Shown here one piece after another: positions 14,196 to 26,697 of a stretch of DNA of 64,000 nucleotides. The notes beneath the pieces were generated by a model. It worked only from the letters and a program-made list of their open reading frames with translations, did no database searches and was not told the DNA's origin. Location of the stretch: contig NC_068985.1 in the NCBI RefSeq assembly GCF_001194135.2, positions 75,059,515-75,123,514 of the forward strand. Reading direction: 5' to 3'. This stretch comes from Octopus bimaculoides (Eukaryota). Both the position numbers and the translations under genes were made by a program. Positions within the stretch are counted from its first letter, which is position 1. Each line of letters starts with the position of its first letter.

Positions 14196-15878
14196 TTTTT
14201 TGTCTTTGCACAGCTTCTAAAACAGAGGATGTACTACGATGTCAGCTGTTCACTACCAGTGAACTAAGGTAACCCCCTTCATTTTTCAAGCACCATGGAG
14301 CGGTTCCAAGAAGTGCTGTTTTCTGCAAGTGTTCTACACTTATTGCAGCCCTTATTTGTTCTATGTACTCAAAATGTTTACGCATTGTTACCAGGGCTCC
14401 AACAATTATTAGTACTACTACTACCTTTTTCAGCTTAACCAGCGAAATTAATCTGTTATATCTATCGACTTTTGTTTCTTCCTTCTCGTTCACCTTGTTG
14501 TTAGCTGGGCACGCTATACCTATGATCCAGCATCGTTTTCTTTTAACACTATGTCTGGTTTGCAATTCTCTATCTCATGGTGGCTCTGAAATATAAAATC
14601 CCATTATCATTTTATATAATGCCTTCATGTTTATGTTCGTACCACTGTTTTGCTCTGTCAAGTCTATACTTGTTGCAAAGTGTTCAAAGAACAATCCTTG
14701 CTATATTTCATGACGTCTCTTATATTCTTTCTGGCCTTGTGGGGTACATCGACTGGTAACATTCCGTACAGTTTCACCATTTTGTCCACAAATTCTGCAC
14801 CTATCACTTTCTGGTATGATATCAATTCTGAATTTGATGTAATTAGTTTTTAATGCTTGCTCTTGGACAGCACAAATTAGAGCCTCCATTTCCGATTTTA
14901 AGTCCCTTTTAGTCATCCATAGCCATCTTTTTACCCTGGTTGTCTTCACTTCAATATCACTATGAAATTATCCTTACATTCTTTTTCTTATCTACCTATT
15001 TTCAGTTTCATTCATTCGCAAGTACATGTACAGTGCTTTATCTTTGCACTCTTCCATCCTACACAAGACTGACATTATTACTTCCAATAACAGCAAATCT
15101 GTGGCATTTTTTAGATACCATGCTATGTTGTTTTCTTCAGCTCTAATGTTGTGTTCGCATCCAATCAGTACTCTTCCCCCTCTTTTTATTGGTACATACA
15201 ATCTGTCTGTGTCACTTTTTGGGTAGAGTATCCGATATCTAGTTAGCAACGTTCTTGTCTTTCAGTCTAGGCTCTTTAGTTCGTCTACTAGCCATGCGAT
15301 TACCCCTGTTCCATAGCTAAGGATTGAAACCGCCTAGATTTTGATAGCTTCAATCTTATTCCGTCCGTTTAATTTCGACTAAAGGATCGGTCTCAGTATG
15401 CACAAGTACTCTACCTTAAAGTTTTCTGTTATTTCTTCATCCATCCATTTATCCATTTCCAATATCCCCAAGTACTTATAGCCCGTCTCTTTTATCTGCT
15501 TCATAACCTCTCCTGACGGTATCGCTAGCCCTTCCATACATTTGATTTGCCTCTCTTCAAGACTAACACCCCACACTTTTTCAGTCCGTACTCCATTCTG
15601 ACATCAGCACTGAAAGTATACATCATATCAACAAGGTAACTGACTTGCGATCTATGTTTACTATAAAGTTTGAGGTCATCCATGAATAACAAGTAGTTGA
15701 GTTTTTGCTGATGACTCTTCAATACATACCCAACTTTTGCGTTCCTCAGAATCAGTGTTAGTGGTATCATGCACAGTACAATGATCAATGAGGAAAGGTA
15801 ATTCCCTTGGAAGATGCCTCTCCTGATTCTTATTGTCCCTAAACTTCTTCCATATGCTGCCTGCATATTTGATGTAAT

Positions 15879-15880
<2 letters not shown>
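14196..15880 (-). mobile_element. R4/Dong-type LINE 3' half (RT, CCHC zinc finger, restriction-like endonuclease, 3' UTR)
   Basis: IRRGIFQGNYLSSL, YLLFMDDLKLY, YKYLGI, HPKSDTDRLY, CRICGQNGETV...C, CPANNKVNEKE, VVLIIVGAL and LQKTALLGTA. Flanked by (TTA)n at 14072-14195 and (TAG)n at 15877-15955. Confidence 0.9.
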
Positions 15881-15955
<75 letters not shown>

Positions 15956-16027
15956 TCATCATAATTATTATTATTATATTTTCCTCTAAGTTTACGACCT
16001 TTTATCTTCTAGATTTTTAGTAATAAA

Positions 16028-16777
16028 TATATTTCGTTTTCTGTTGTGTCTGGGGAGAGTCATTCGCTTTTAGTGCCCTATAATAGATAAATTACCTACA
16101 TGTCTACATTAACAGAAAACGCAAAAAGTCCTTCAAAATAATGCAGAATTTCGTTGCGTTCTCAGGTGAAAATCTTTGTTAAATGCTAAATCCTCGACGT
16201 AACGTTCTAGGAATGCAAATTCAGGATTTAAAATATCATGGCGGACAATAATAATAAAATTCATATAAATTAATAGTCCCTTAACACACACACCGGTAAA
16301 ATTTCCACTCTTTTACTTATTTATTTTTCTATACAAATATAAATAAGTAAATGAGCGGAAATTTTACCGGTGCGTGTGTTAAATTATAAGTCACTAAAAG
16401 AGAATGACTATCCCCATACAAACAGAATATGCTTCAACGCACGAACTCACATAAAGAATCTTACAAACCAAATCAAAAACGAAATATATCTTGTTTCTTT
16501 TATTGTACTAATAGTAATTACGAGTTACTTTTGAATTATATTACTAAAATTCCTTTCCACGTAATAGAAAATCATTTTATTAATTTGTATGAATTTTATT
16601 ATTATTATTGTCCTCCATGATATTCTAAAATCTTGAATTTGCATTCCTAGAACGTTACGTCGAGGATTTAGCATTTAAAAAAGAGTTTCACCTGAGAACG
16701 CAACGAAATTCTGCATTATTTTGAAGGATTTTTTGCGTTTTCTGTTAATGTAAGCATGTAGGTAATTTATCTATTAT
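16028..16777. repeat. Interleaved fold-back element with about 197-bp inverted arms
   Basis: 16080-16275 is inverted at 16578-16777; 16281-16324 at 16338-16382; and about 16038-16082 at 16384-16428. Confidence 0.9.
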
Positions 16778-17021
16778 TAAATATTATAATATAAATTATT
16801 TACTTGATTTTAAGTTATGAAACAATTTATTGTGATATTACATTTCTTATTGCTGCATAAAGTTTCAGCAAACTATTTCTCTGTCATTTATAACTTTATA
16901 CACTCCTTATCGTTTTCTCTTGCATCGTGCTACATAATCTATATGTTTTGTAGAATATAACTTTAGGGAGATTTTTGGTGCGTACTGCCGAAATACTTTA
17001 ATCCATATCCATATATTATGA

Positions 17022-17141
<120 letters not shown>

Positions 17142-17481
17142 CTTTTAATAGTTACCGTCATTATATTAAGCATGGAAATAGATGGAATTTACGCATTTCA
17201 ATGTGGATGCAGATAGACACAATGAACCGCTTAACTAAAGAATTCTTCATTTATGTGAAAACTCATAGAATTAGCTACGATACAATGATGTGCTAATCTA
17301 AATTGACCTCCCAAATATACTATACCAGGACTCCAGTCATCTACACTTGTCATATGTAAGTCGTTAAGTTGTTATTATTGGTACAGACACGACGTTTCCT
17401 ATTTCAAGGCTAAATTTTGGCGATTGTCCATAAATTAATAAGAAACCAGATCAATTGTGGTATCAACTAGAATATATTGCT

Positions 17482-17526
<45 letters not shown>

Positions 17527-18699
17527 AGCCTCTACTTTCCTTTGTTTTGTTCAAAGTAGTGGAATAAAAATACCTCAGGCGAGCGTTCGGTACACTAAAT
17601 GCACATACAATAATATTTCAAATTTTCAAAGCAATTAACAAAATCATCTAAGAATACTTAAAATTTAAACCATTAATTGTGAAGAGGTTTTATAAATGAA
17701 TTGAAGTGTTAAGACTTAATTGCTTAGATATTTCTATCAAGCGAAATCTTTCATCGCAGCAGAAGACCTCAACATTTATATTAATGTTCATGTTTATTTG
17801 TGTGAACGTGTAGTTTGGTGTGTGCAGACAGTGTATGCAGCATTATACTGTCACCGTTTCGTTTCCACAGCAACATGTTACATAATGGCTTGATGTCTAT
17901 TTCTAGCAGATGAGTGTCCCTTTCTGCCCCCTGCACAGTTAAAACCTCACGTGGTATGGGGACTGCTCAATGAGAGAATTATTCGTGCATAGGTCGTTTC
18001 TTATCCCGGATCTTTATCCCTTGAATTCAAAACCTACAAAGCCATCTTTTGCGTTTCACCAACCCAGGGGTCAATAAATAAAATACCTGTGAAATAGTGC
18101 TCCTGAGTAATGGACTTGTACTCATACTTTGAATATCTGGCCTGTTCATTATGTTAGAGAGGTGCCATAATGAACTAATCTTAACTGATATGTCCTTTCA
18201 CTCCAATGTTTGCCATTAAAATATTCAGATAAACCTCTCGCTGTTTGCTAGAATTGTTTTCACTGCAAATACTGGCAGTACCTAAGTTGACAATTGATTT
18301 GAAACAACATTTATGAATAATTCCTATCAACATATAAGGCAACAAGTTCGCATTCATATTGTCAGTCATCTTTATAGTGTCATCTCCGTTTCATATACCA
18401 TCGTTCTATATACTTATTCTCTTTCTTATTTGTGATATTTGTATTTCCTCGTTACCTCCGGTTTCTTTTCCACCGTTTTACCTCAGCTGTTTTTTGCTTA
18501 GATGCTTTTGTTGATGTTGTACACAGTAAAATAACTTACTTACATTTATTTGCAGGTTTGAAGTGCATTATATACAAACATACTCATGTTCTAATCGCAT
18601 TAGTAGAAACGCTGCAAATAATTTTGAATTATATTTTACAATCTAAATTACAATTTCCTAAAGAAAATCAATTGTAAAGAACGTAGTTTCTAAAAACAC

Positions 18700-19700
18700 T
18701 TGGAAGAACATAACGAAGCTGGGAGAAGGTATTAATGAAGTGCATATCATGTGAGGATTGTGATTCCGTTTCTCAAAGAAATGCTTTCAGAGTCAATTGG
18801 ACCACGCATTAACACTGCAAAGTATATTCTACTACATGTTTTCGCTGAACAGGACCTTTTAGATGGGAACACTCTTACCGTATCACAATGAGCATCAGAT
18901 ATGCAAAGTCTTTTTTCACTATTTTCAATGTATTTCATGGTTATGGTCTTCCAAATGAAGATCGGCCAAATGATTCAGTTTCGTTCAGGAACTGACGTAA
19001 CGTGTGTATACTGCAGCTTGCTTCAGAAAACATTACTTGTACTAATGCTACACCCATTTTGAACTCGATGTGACAAGTCACGTACATACTCATTGCAGCA
19101 ATCACAGAAAAATACCCTATGTACTTATTGTCGTTCTACATCATCGCTTCATTCTAGATGGGGTTCATTAATTTGACATGCTGTGAGCATTACTTCAAAC
19201 AACCCTATTTCACGTATGCCTCGCAATTTACTGCTGCTTTTTGTTCCTAATATTCACTGTCGTACAAGAATCCATGTAGTTTACAAGCTTCTTGAGATGC
19301 TGCGCACGCTCACACCAAAGCACTTGAGAGTCTTGAATGTGGCTGAGTTTTGACAATGTATAAAATAACTGCAAGAAGAAAATCTTCTGTTTCGGAGTGG
19401 AGTATAATGATACTGGTATTGTTTATGTTCACATTTGAAGAGATAGATGAACACGTGATTTTTAGGGATTTTGATAAAGTATGTCCTGTAATCTCATGAA
19501 ACTATTAAACTGCAATACGTTTTGGACATTGATGCATCACGGCTTTGCCGCTGTTTCACTAGTGTCCTTGCGATAAATCCACATCTGTTTGTAAGGTTGC
19601 TGAACTAGTGTAGGAAAAACTTAATTTTCCTGCAAGCTCCGAATTTACAATGTGAATCGCTTAATTGTATATTTGAAAGCTTTGAAATTGTCGACTTGAA
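18700..19700 (-). mobile_element. Very old RTE-like LINE 3' remnant (tentative)
   Basis: Scattered minus-strand peptides (GHTLSKSLKI resembling GSTLS; QHLKKL; a FGRP-like segment) in RTE C-terminal order; many stops. Confidence 0.4.
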
Positions 19701-19854
19701 AAATTTAGAAGGCATTTTATTCAATCCTGTTGCTTCTGAAGGTCACTTTTTCCTCAAGTCACCTTTTTAGCCAGGTCATTTCTTATGACCATATATGCTA
19801 CTGTACCAGTCTGGCGACGTTGCTCTTCTTCAGTTTATTGGCTTTCTGCAACAG

Positions 19855-19992
19855 GAGTTAATTTTATCGACCACAAAAGGTTGACAGGAAAAATTGACCT
19901 CGGTGTAATTTGAATTCAGAACGTAACGACGGACAAAATGTCGCTAAGCATTTTGCTCGGCATGCTAAGGATTCTGCCATCCCGCCGCATTG
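19855..19992 (-). mobile_element. SINE family A, diverged
   Basis: Minus strand GCGGCGGGATGGCAGAATCCTTAGCATGCCGAGCAAAATGC...TTCTGAATTCAAATTACACCGAGGTC...GGTCGATAAAATT. Confidence 0.8.
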
Positions 19993-20141
19993 TGATATAG
20001 CGTATTAGCATACGGTGGGATTGTTTGTATGTGTGTACCCGCCATACTAACATGGCTGGATTTTAGTAATTGGCAGCTGTGTTCCCGTGGAATATTGTAT
20101 ATGCTCCATTAGCCTACAGTAAACATCTGCAAGAAGACCTA

Positions 20142-20175
<34 letters not shown>

Positions 20176-22949
20176 TCGATCGATCGATCGGTCTATAGAC
20201 AGACAGACAGATAGATATGCCTGTTTTACTGAGGGTGCGTGGGTATGTGTTACGTATAAATGTTTTCGACTGTTTGCAAACTGCGGTATAAAATATGCAA
20301 ATTTATAATGATAATATTCTATCAATAACCAAGTGGCTAATTTCTATACTTAGGAGACAGACACTATAATTAGCTGTGAAAAAATCACGACCATGATGGT
20401 GTGGACGGGATCTTACGATTATATTCATCATAATGTCCAAGCTTTTATCAAGATTACAATAATCATGTCTATCAGAGATGTCTTTAAATGTATTATTTGT
20501 TTCCGTTTTTGTGTCATGTGAATTATGCTATTACTGTAATTACTACGATGCAGAGAACAATTGCTGAAATTAGTATTTCTATTTTTTCTGCAGTATAAAT
20601 TATTCAGTCATTCCTAAGCTCTGTTATCGTTCAATTGTTACAAGTTATTTTAGCAATACTATATGACGCTTTATATATTCCATTGATATATGCGCATTTC
20701 AACGGAGAATTTATATAAAGAATTTTTGATGCGACAACCAAATAATTTCAATGATTAACTGTGAAATTCTAATTTTGGAATTTAGCTCCATCAACAGGAT
20801 ATGCAATATACTTCCAAAATCACATTAATATAGGAATCAATTAACATCATACTGTAACCGTATGCTAATATGATCCTTTATATTCTGTGCAATAATCGTT
20901 GGCATTTTCAAATTTAGCTTGTATAGAGTAATGCACTAAGCGCATCAACATTTCAGATCCGATTAATGGCCTGAACATCTAAAAATGTGACGAAGTATAC
21001 CTGAGGTGAGCTACAGAATTTCCTTTTCATACGCTTTCCGTATATCTTCTTGAGATCACTACTACATTACACACTTTACTATTTCGCATTCTCTAAGAAA
21101 TTATATACAGTTTTCCAGTTATATTAAATCAACTTTATAACACACTTCTGAATGACTGAAGTGTTCAAAATTATTACTTTCCTAATAACCTAACATTAAA
21201 GTTCAGAAACTTTCCTCTGTCTATCTGGCAATGAGTTCAATGCACACCGCCATCAAAGGAGAGACTAATAAACGCCATGATATCGAGCGAATAAGAAACT
21301 TGACTGAAACCGTTACGTCATTACTCCGAAACAGCGTTATGGAGATCTCGTTTTACATATATACTTGAATAACAACCAAATAACTCACTCTTTAAATATA
21401 CACTGGACATGTTATTCACATTTGTCAGCAGTGCTTATGTATTAGCATGTAGTTGTAAGAGAAACTTTCAAACAGTTTGGGTCATATATGGCTTCAGTTA
21501 CTGCATATAAACCATAGAGAGGTCAATATGATTGCCAACATCCTATGCATCGATGTTGACAGATTTGGTTTCTTATGACTGAATAATGTCTTGATTTAAT
21601 GGATGACAAATATCTCCGGGTTATTAAATATATGACTGTTTGAGAAGTAAATGGGAAAATTAGGAAAATAGGATTTCAATGAAAATGTTTTGAAAATTCT
21701 AACACTTTGACAAGAAAGGAATGACTAGATACATAACAATAAATAGATAAATATATAAACTTGTGTAGATAAGTAAAATAAAATGTAGAGATCTGTATAT
21801 GTAGGTTGAGTATATCCGTTTATACATGCATGTAAATAAGAGAAACAAATTATGTTGCTATTGTTTTTCCTTTAAAATAATTATAACATTTTAGCAGGTA
21901 ATCTCAAAATGTATGAGAATTATATGCTACAGTGGTAACATTTATTGCGCGTTTATAATGTGCAGCTTTGGGTAATGAAAATTTCAACAACAAAAGTCAT
22001 GTAAAAAAGTATACAAAGATGACGAAGGAATTAATTTGTTAAAAGCAGACTACGAACAAATTCTCCAATCCAAAACTGATAAATCTATAGCTTGTACATT
22101 ATTTAATAAAAATAATGAAAAAGCAAAAGAACAAAATTATGGTAAGGATAGAAAGTTCAAAATATTTCCATCATGCATTTAACGCATTAGAGAAATACGA
22201 TTTTTTTTGTCTTACGTTGAAATTGCTGCTGGAAATTAAGGATAAAATACTAATGGGTGCATGTATTGATTCCTTTTAGCATGATTTTATTTTGTTCTGG
22301 TTTATAGGCGCTGAATAATGTGAGAAAGCTAATAAATAGTTAACATATTTCTGCATGCAATTATAACGGTAAAGCATGGTAAGAAAAAAAATCCATCTAA
22401 ACATTCTTTTTCTGTGTGCTCACATTATATCGATTTGCATCTGGTTATTGTAGTTTCGTTATCACAGATATTGCAGCAAAATTTCCTGTCAGATCATTGA
22501 AAAGATATAATACATACGCAAGCCAATGTGGGAATAGCTTCCCTATTAGAATAATCGTCATTAAATTTATAGAAATTTCCTGTAACTGCCTATGGATCCC
22601 TAGAGATGTTCATATAGGTATTGAAAAGTAAGGAATACGTATTAATGTTTTTCCCAACTACTTTTTCCAGGCATAAAATGAGCATTTAATTCGGTATTGC
22701 ACGCTAAGAAAACATTCATACATTTATTTTTAAACAATGGTTTGCGTTTTTCTCTCTCTGAAAGCAATCAATTGTCAGATAACAGTATGTGGATTGGTAA
22801 ACTTGATAATTAACAAGTTTCTTTGACAGAAACGATGTTAAAGTAACAGTCGATATTTTGTTACTAGCAATTCAGTAACGAATATACCGACATGTTAAGT
22901 ATTGCTGTTGTTCGACACTTTTTCAGCAGTTCTATGACGAAAATCCTTA

Positions 22950-23640
22950 ACTTTAAAGGTGTCTTCTTTTTATACAGCTAAATTTTCCAGAACACCGTTA
23001 TTTAATGTACTCTTCCTTTTCTCCAATCATGGGGATATTTGGTCAGAAGGAGACTTAACTACTTCGTCTGGTAGATTTCATGAGTATATATATGCTATCT
23101 CGTTGCCTCATGAATGTGGTATTAAAAATGTCTTACTCATCTCTGACGTTTGAATTTTTCAGTGGATTCAAGTTCACCGCTTCTCTTTACACTTTTCTAC
23201 TCTATATTGCCATTCAAATTGTTAAAGTCCCGGAAATCCTACTCTTACTGTTTTCAATCGCGAAAGCACCCTTAAGATCAGTAAGTTTTCGCAAACGCTA
23301 TACAAACAGGTTTGTCACGAAATAAATGCTTTCGATGAGATACCTTGATTTTCTTAATAGTTTGGAGATGGTGGTTAAACAGTAATAAACACATTCTGAA
23401 CGTTAACCTATCTCATGGTTTTAATGTTGTGAGTGCGATTGCAAGAACTCGTGGCGTGTTATATTCTCCATTGAGTACTTCATTGCATGTTTCCTCAGTT
23501 TACTCACCTCAAATGCATACAAGTCACGGGCTGGTGCAGCCCTTTTACCATCTAACTCTTGTATCCCGAATGTTCCTCTATGTGGAAGATAGGAGGACAG
23601 AAAGGTTGGCTATGTCTGCTTGCAATTACATAGGAACCTA
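22950..23640 (-). mobile_element. Old CR1/L2-like LINE 3' remnant (tentative)
   Basis: Minus-strand HHLQTIKKI (resembling WSPHLKKDI) and NLPDEVVKSPS (resembling WN.LP.EVV.A.S). Confidence 0.45.
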
Positions 23641-23994
23641 AAACCCGACACTAAAGCTTATTCCATTGCTGTGATGGCCGCACATTTTTGGTTTTGGCGC
23701 ATTAATAATTGAGATTTAAGAATATTTCTTGTGTCAAGATTCCTTCTTTGACTTAGGACATGCAAATTCTCCTATTTTTCAGTTCTGTTAACGTTTCTTT
23801 AGCTTTGTATGTTCAGTTCAAATATTCTTATTGAAATTAGCTACTGTTGACGTATTCTTAGTATTGAATAATTCTACTTTCACATTAGATATTCACATCA
23901 AAGCATGACTACAAAGGATGTTATACTGCCTTCATTGCTTCCAGTTGATTAGATTATGGATTTAGATAGTATTTGCAAATATATTTTCATCATC

Positions 23995-23995
<1 letters not shown>

Positions 23996-24084
<89 letters not shown>

Positions 24085-24171
24085 CCATCATCAGTATTAT
24101 TATTATTATTATTATTAGTAGTAGTAGTTGTAGTAGTAGTAGTAGTAGTAGTAGCAGCAGCAGCAAAGCAC

Positions 24172-24240
<69 letters not shown>

Positions 24241-24300
24241 AAGCAGCACTAGTAGTGGTAGCGGCAGCGGCAGCAGCGGCAGCAGCGGCAGCAGCAGCAG
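23996..24300. repeat. Compound trinucleotide tract ATT/ATC/AGT/AGC/GCG
   Basis: Directly visible; source of the poly-L/S/V/A ORFs. Confidence 0.95.
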
Positions 24301-24720
24301 CACCCCTAAGCCGACCGGAATTGATGCGGGATGGAACTGCTGTGTTAATTCAGAAATGTCTGGAACTCACGATACGGACTATATTCTTAAACCCAGAGAT
24401 AATTTGGTGGTCCTGGATGTGAATAGTAGCGAAGCCAGTACTTTTAGATAGAGGTGGTACAGCTGAATATTTCTGGCGTATTTTGATATTCCTAGGAATG
24501 TCCACATCTTTGCTGATAGTTGGCGACACTTGAATGGGCAGTTGGACTGTATGCGGTTAGTTAATAGGAGAGTGGCGTGTAAAATTCACGCCAAACTGCG
24601 CCGGCGGTTTCAGCTATCTTACAGATTTACCCAGTATACCAATATGGATATGAATAAACTAAACTGTAAAATCCATTAGATTTACTAAGGTCGTATTAAT
24701 AGAAAATAAGAGAATAGAAG
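24301..24720 (+). mobile_element. Tx1-clade LINE APE endonuclease fragment
   Basis: DGTAVLIQK, LVVLDVNSS and EYFWRILIFLGMSTSLLIVGD align by eye with the APE region at 60850-61150 (-). Confidence 0.65.
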
Positions 24721-24819
24721 GAGACTTGTGCCGCAGTTAGCAACCCTTCAGTTACTGATTCGAGGCATACGCTTCTCAGTATGTGTGGGATATAACTTGC
24801 ACTATTTCTTTCTTGTTTA

Positions 24820-25170
24820 GCATGTATTTGCCATTTAACGACTTTTCTTGCCATTTTCATGACGATATTTTATAGTTCAACTCACAAGAACCATGGCCCT
24901 CCCTTGTCTTTTTGGCTATTTTTTTAGGTTTTCTTGAAGCTAGGAGACAAAAGTTTTGTCTTGCTCAGGTTTTGTAGCTAACTGTCTCCCTTGTTTCAGA
25001 ATTACATAGTTTTAGTATTATTGTGGATATATTTGGTGGTTTTCTAATTATATACGGCATTTACCACATTAAATTCATTCTATATATAAATCTTCTCTCT
25101 CATTTTGGGTGGTGTATTCTAAATGTACACATTATTTTCTTTATTAAGACGTTTTGCTGGTTCATTTAAT
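24820..25170 (-). mobile_element. R4/Dong-type LINE fragment (post-RT)
   Basis: Minus-strand remnants of the HHPK..RLY and WQEKSLNG (resembling WQEKPLHG) motifs. Confidence 0.55.
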
Positions 25171-25186
25171 GTCCTATAAAAATGTA

Positions 25187-25410
25187 CGAGGCATGTTCAC
25201 AAAGTGTTCGACTTCATTTTTTTCCGCCAAAACTAATGCCGCTTGGGCAAAATCCTTTGTGTGGAGGTGATACCACCCTTCCGGTGCATGTGTGGAAACC
25301 TTCGCTCGGTACGCTGTGTCAGTTACCGGCTGTTATACCAAGATTACAGATGTATAGTGAATGTTCGTCGGATTTTCATTTTCACGCAAGAAGACCAAAT
25401 GCATCGATCA
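25187..25410 (+). mobile_element. Mariner 5' end (TIR plus 5' UTR)
   Basis: TA followed by CGAGGCATGTTCACAAAGTGTTCGAC (mariner-type TIR); the UTR segment at 25345-25385 is homologous to the UTR of the opposite-strand copy at 25850-25895. Confidence 0.65.
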
Positions 25411-25925
25411 GAGACCATAAACCCATGTTCCATCTCTAGTGATGATAGTGTTCATGAAGTCTGAGTCGTGGTTTGCACAGCCTAGCATGTCCTGAGCGAT
25501 TTCCATGCGGATTTAATTCTGCTGCTCCGCCAGCACCTTAGGGATGTATTTCTCGACACTCTCCGCGTGCATAAATCCTCTGTTAAAATGGAACTGATTC
25601 TGTGCTTATTCCCACTTCGCGAACAATTTCCTGGATTGTTACACGACTTCCATGACTATTCGTCGAACCTTTTCAATCGGCTCCTCTTTTCGAATTGTGG
25701 GTGACCTTCCCAACTCTCGTCTGAGATTTGGCCATGTTTGAATCAGTTATACCACTGCTTCATAAGCGCTTTTACTATGGTATCATCGCCAAACGCCTAC
25801 GGAATCTTCTGAGTGGTTTGAAATTGAGTATCACCAAGCTTTTGGCGGTTCGGTTAAAAGTAAAATCCGACGAGCGTACACTACACCTCTGTAAGAGCAA
25901 GGATTTAACGAAAGGACGGGTGAAA
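25410..25925 (-). mobile_element. Mariner transposase N-terminal half (decayed)
   Basis: QKLGDTQ...AFGDD...KQWYN.FKHG (HTH region), IVREVGIST, KYIPKVL and DFMNTIITRDGTWVY (resembling ITGDETWVY). Confidence 0.8.
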
Positions 25926-25931
25926 TGTTGC

Positions 25932-25967
<36 letters not shown>

Positions 25968-25981
25968 TAATAATAATAATA

Positions 25982-26325
25982 ATACCTATTGTCATAGGTG
26001 CCCTGGGAATGACAGCGAAACGGGCTGATTACTACCTAGCTCAGATACCAGGAAACCCCAAAATGGCTGAAGTTCAAAAGATAGTGCTCATGGGAACTGC
26101 CCATATCCTACGTAAAATACTGTCTATGTGATCTCAAATGTTAAAGCAAACACATGATTTTCTTATGGTTTCTTAAACATTCACTTGAACAAAACTGTAC
26201 AAATCCAAATATATGCTACCCTAGGCATAACACCTACATGAACTTCTAACTTGTTGTCTCTTGAGGTCTCTGGGTGAGACTTGGATCCAACTTGTACAAA
26301 TGCAAAACAAAAGTCAAACATAAAA
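25982..26325 (+). mobile_element. Dong-type LINE 3' end between TAA tracts
   Basis: IPIVIGALG...VQKIVLMGTAHILRKILSM* plus 3' UTR; (TAA)n at 25932-25984 and 26326-26347. Confidence 0.88.
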
Positions 26326-26616
26326 TAATAATAATAATAATAATAATTGGAGAGTATTGTACTTCGCTTGAAGCATTGTGTATTGTTTGTAAACAATGCA
26401 CTATGATACAGACAATGGACTATAATAACTGTTGTAATTTGATCATCCATAGTCTATGATATTTCGGAATAAAAATTCCATCTTTAGATATCCCTAGGAA
26501 TTGATGAAGTCGCTGCTATAGTCCATTGCTTCTATTATAGTGCATTGTTGTGTCATTCGAAACATTTTATTCTTTACAAATAATAATAAAAATACTACTA
26601 CTACTACTACTACTAC

Positions 26617-26681
<65 letters not shown>

Positions 26682-26697
26682 TTCGTCGGATTTTCAT

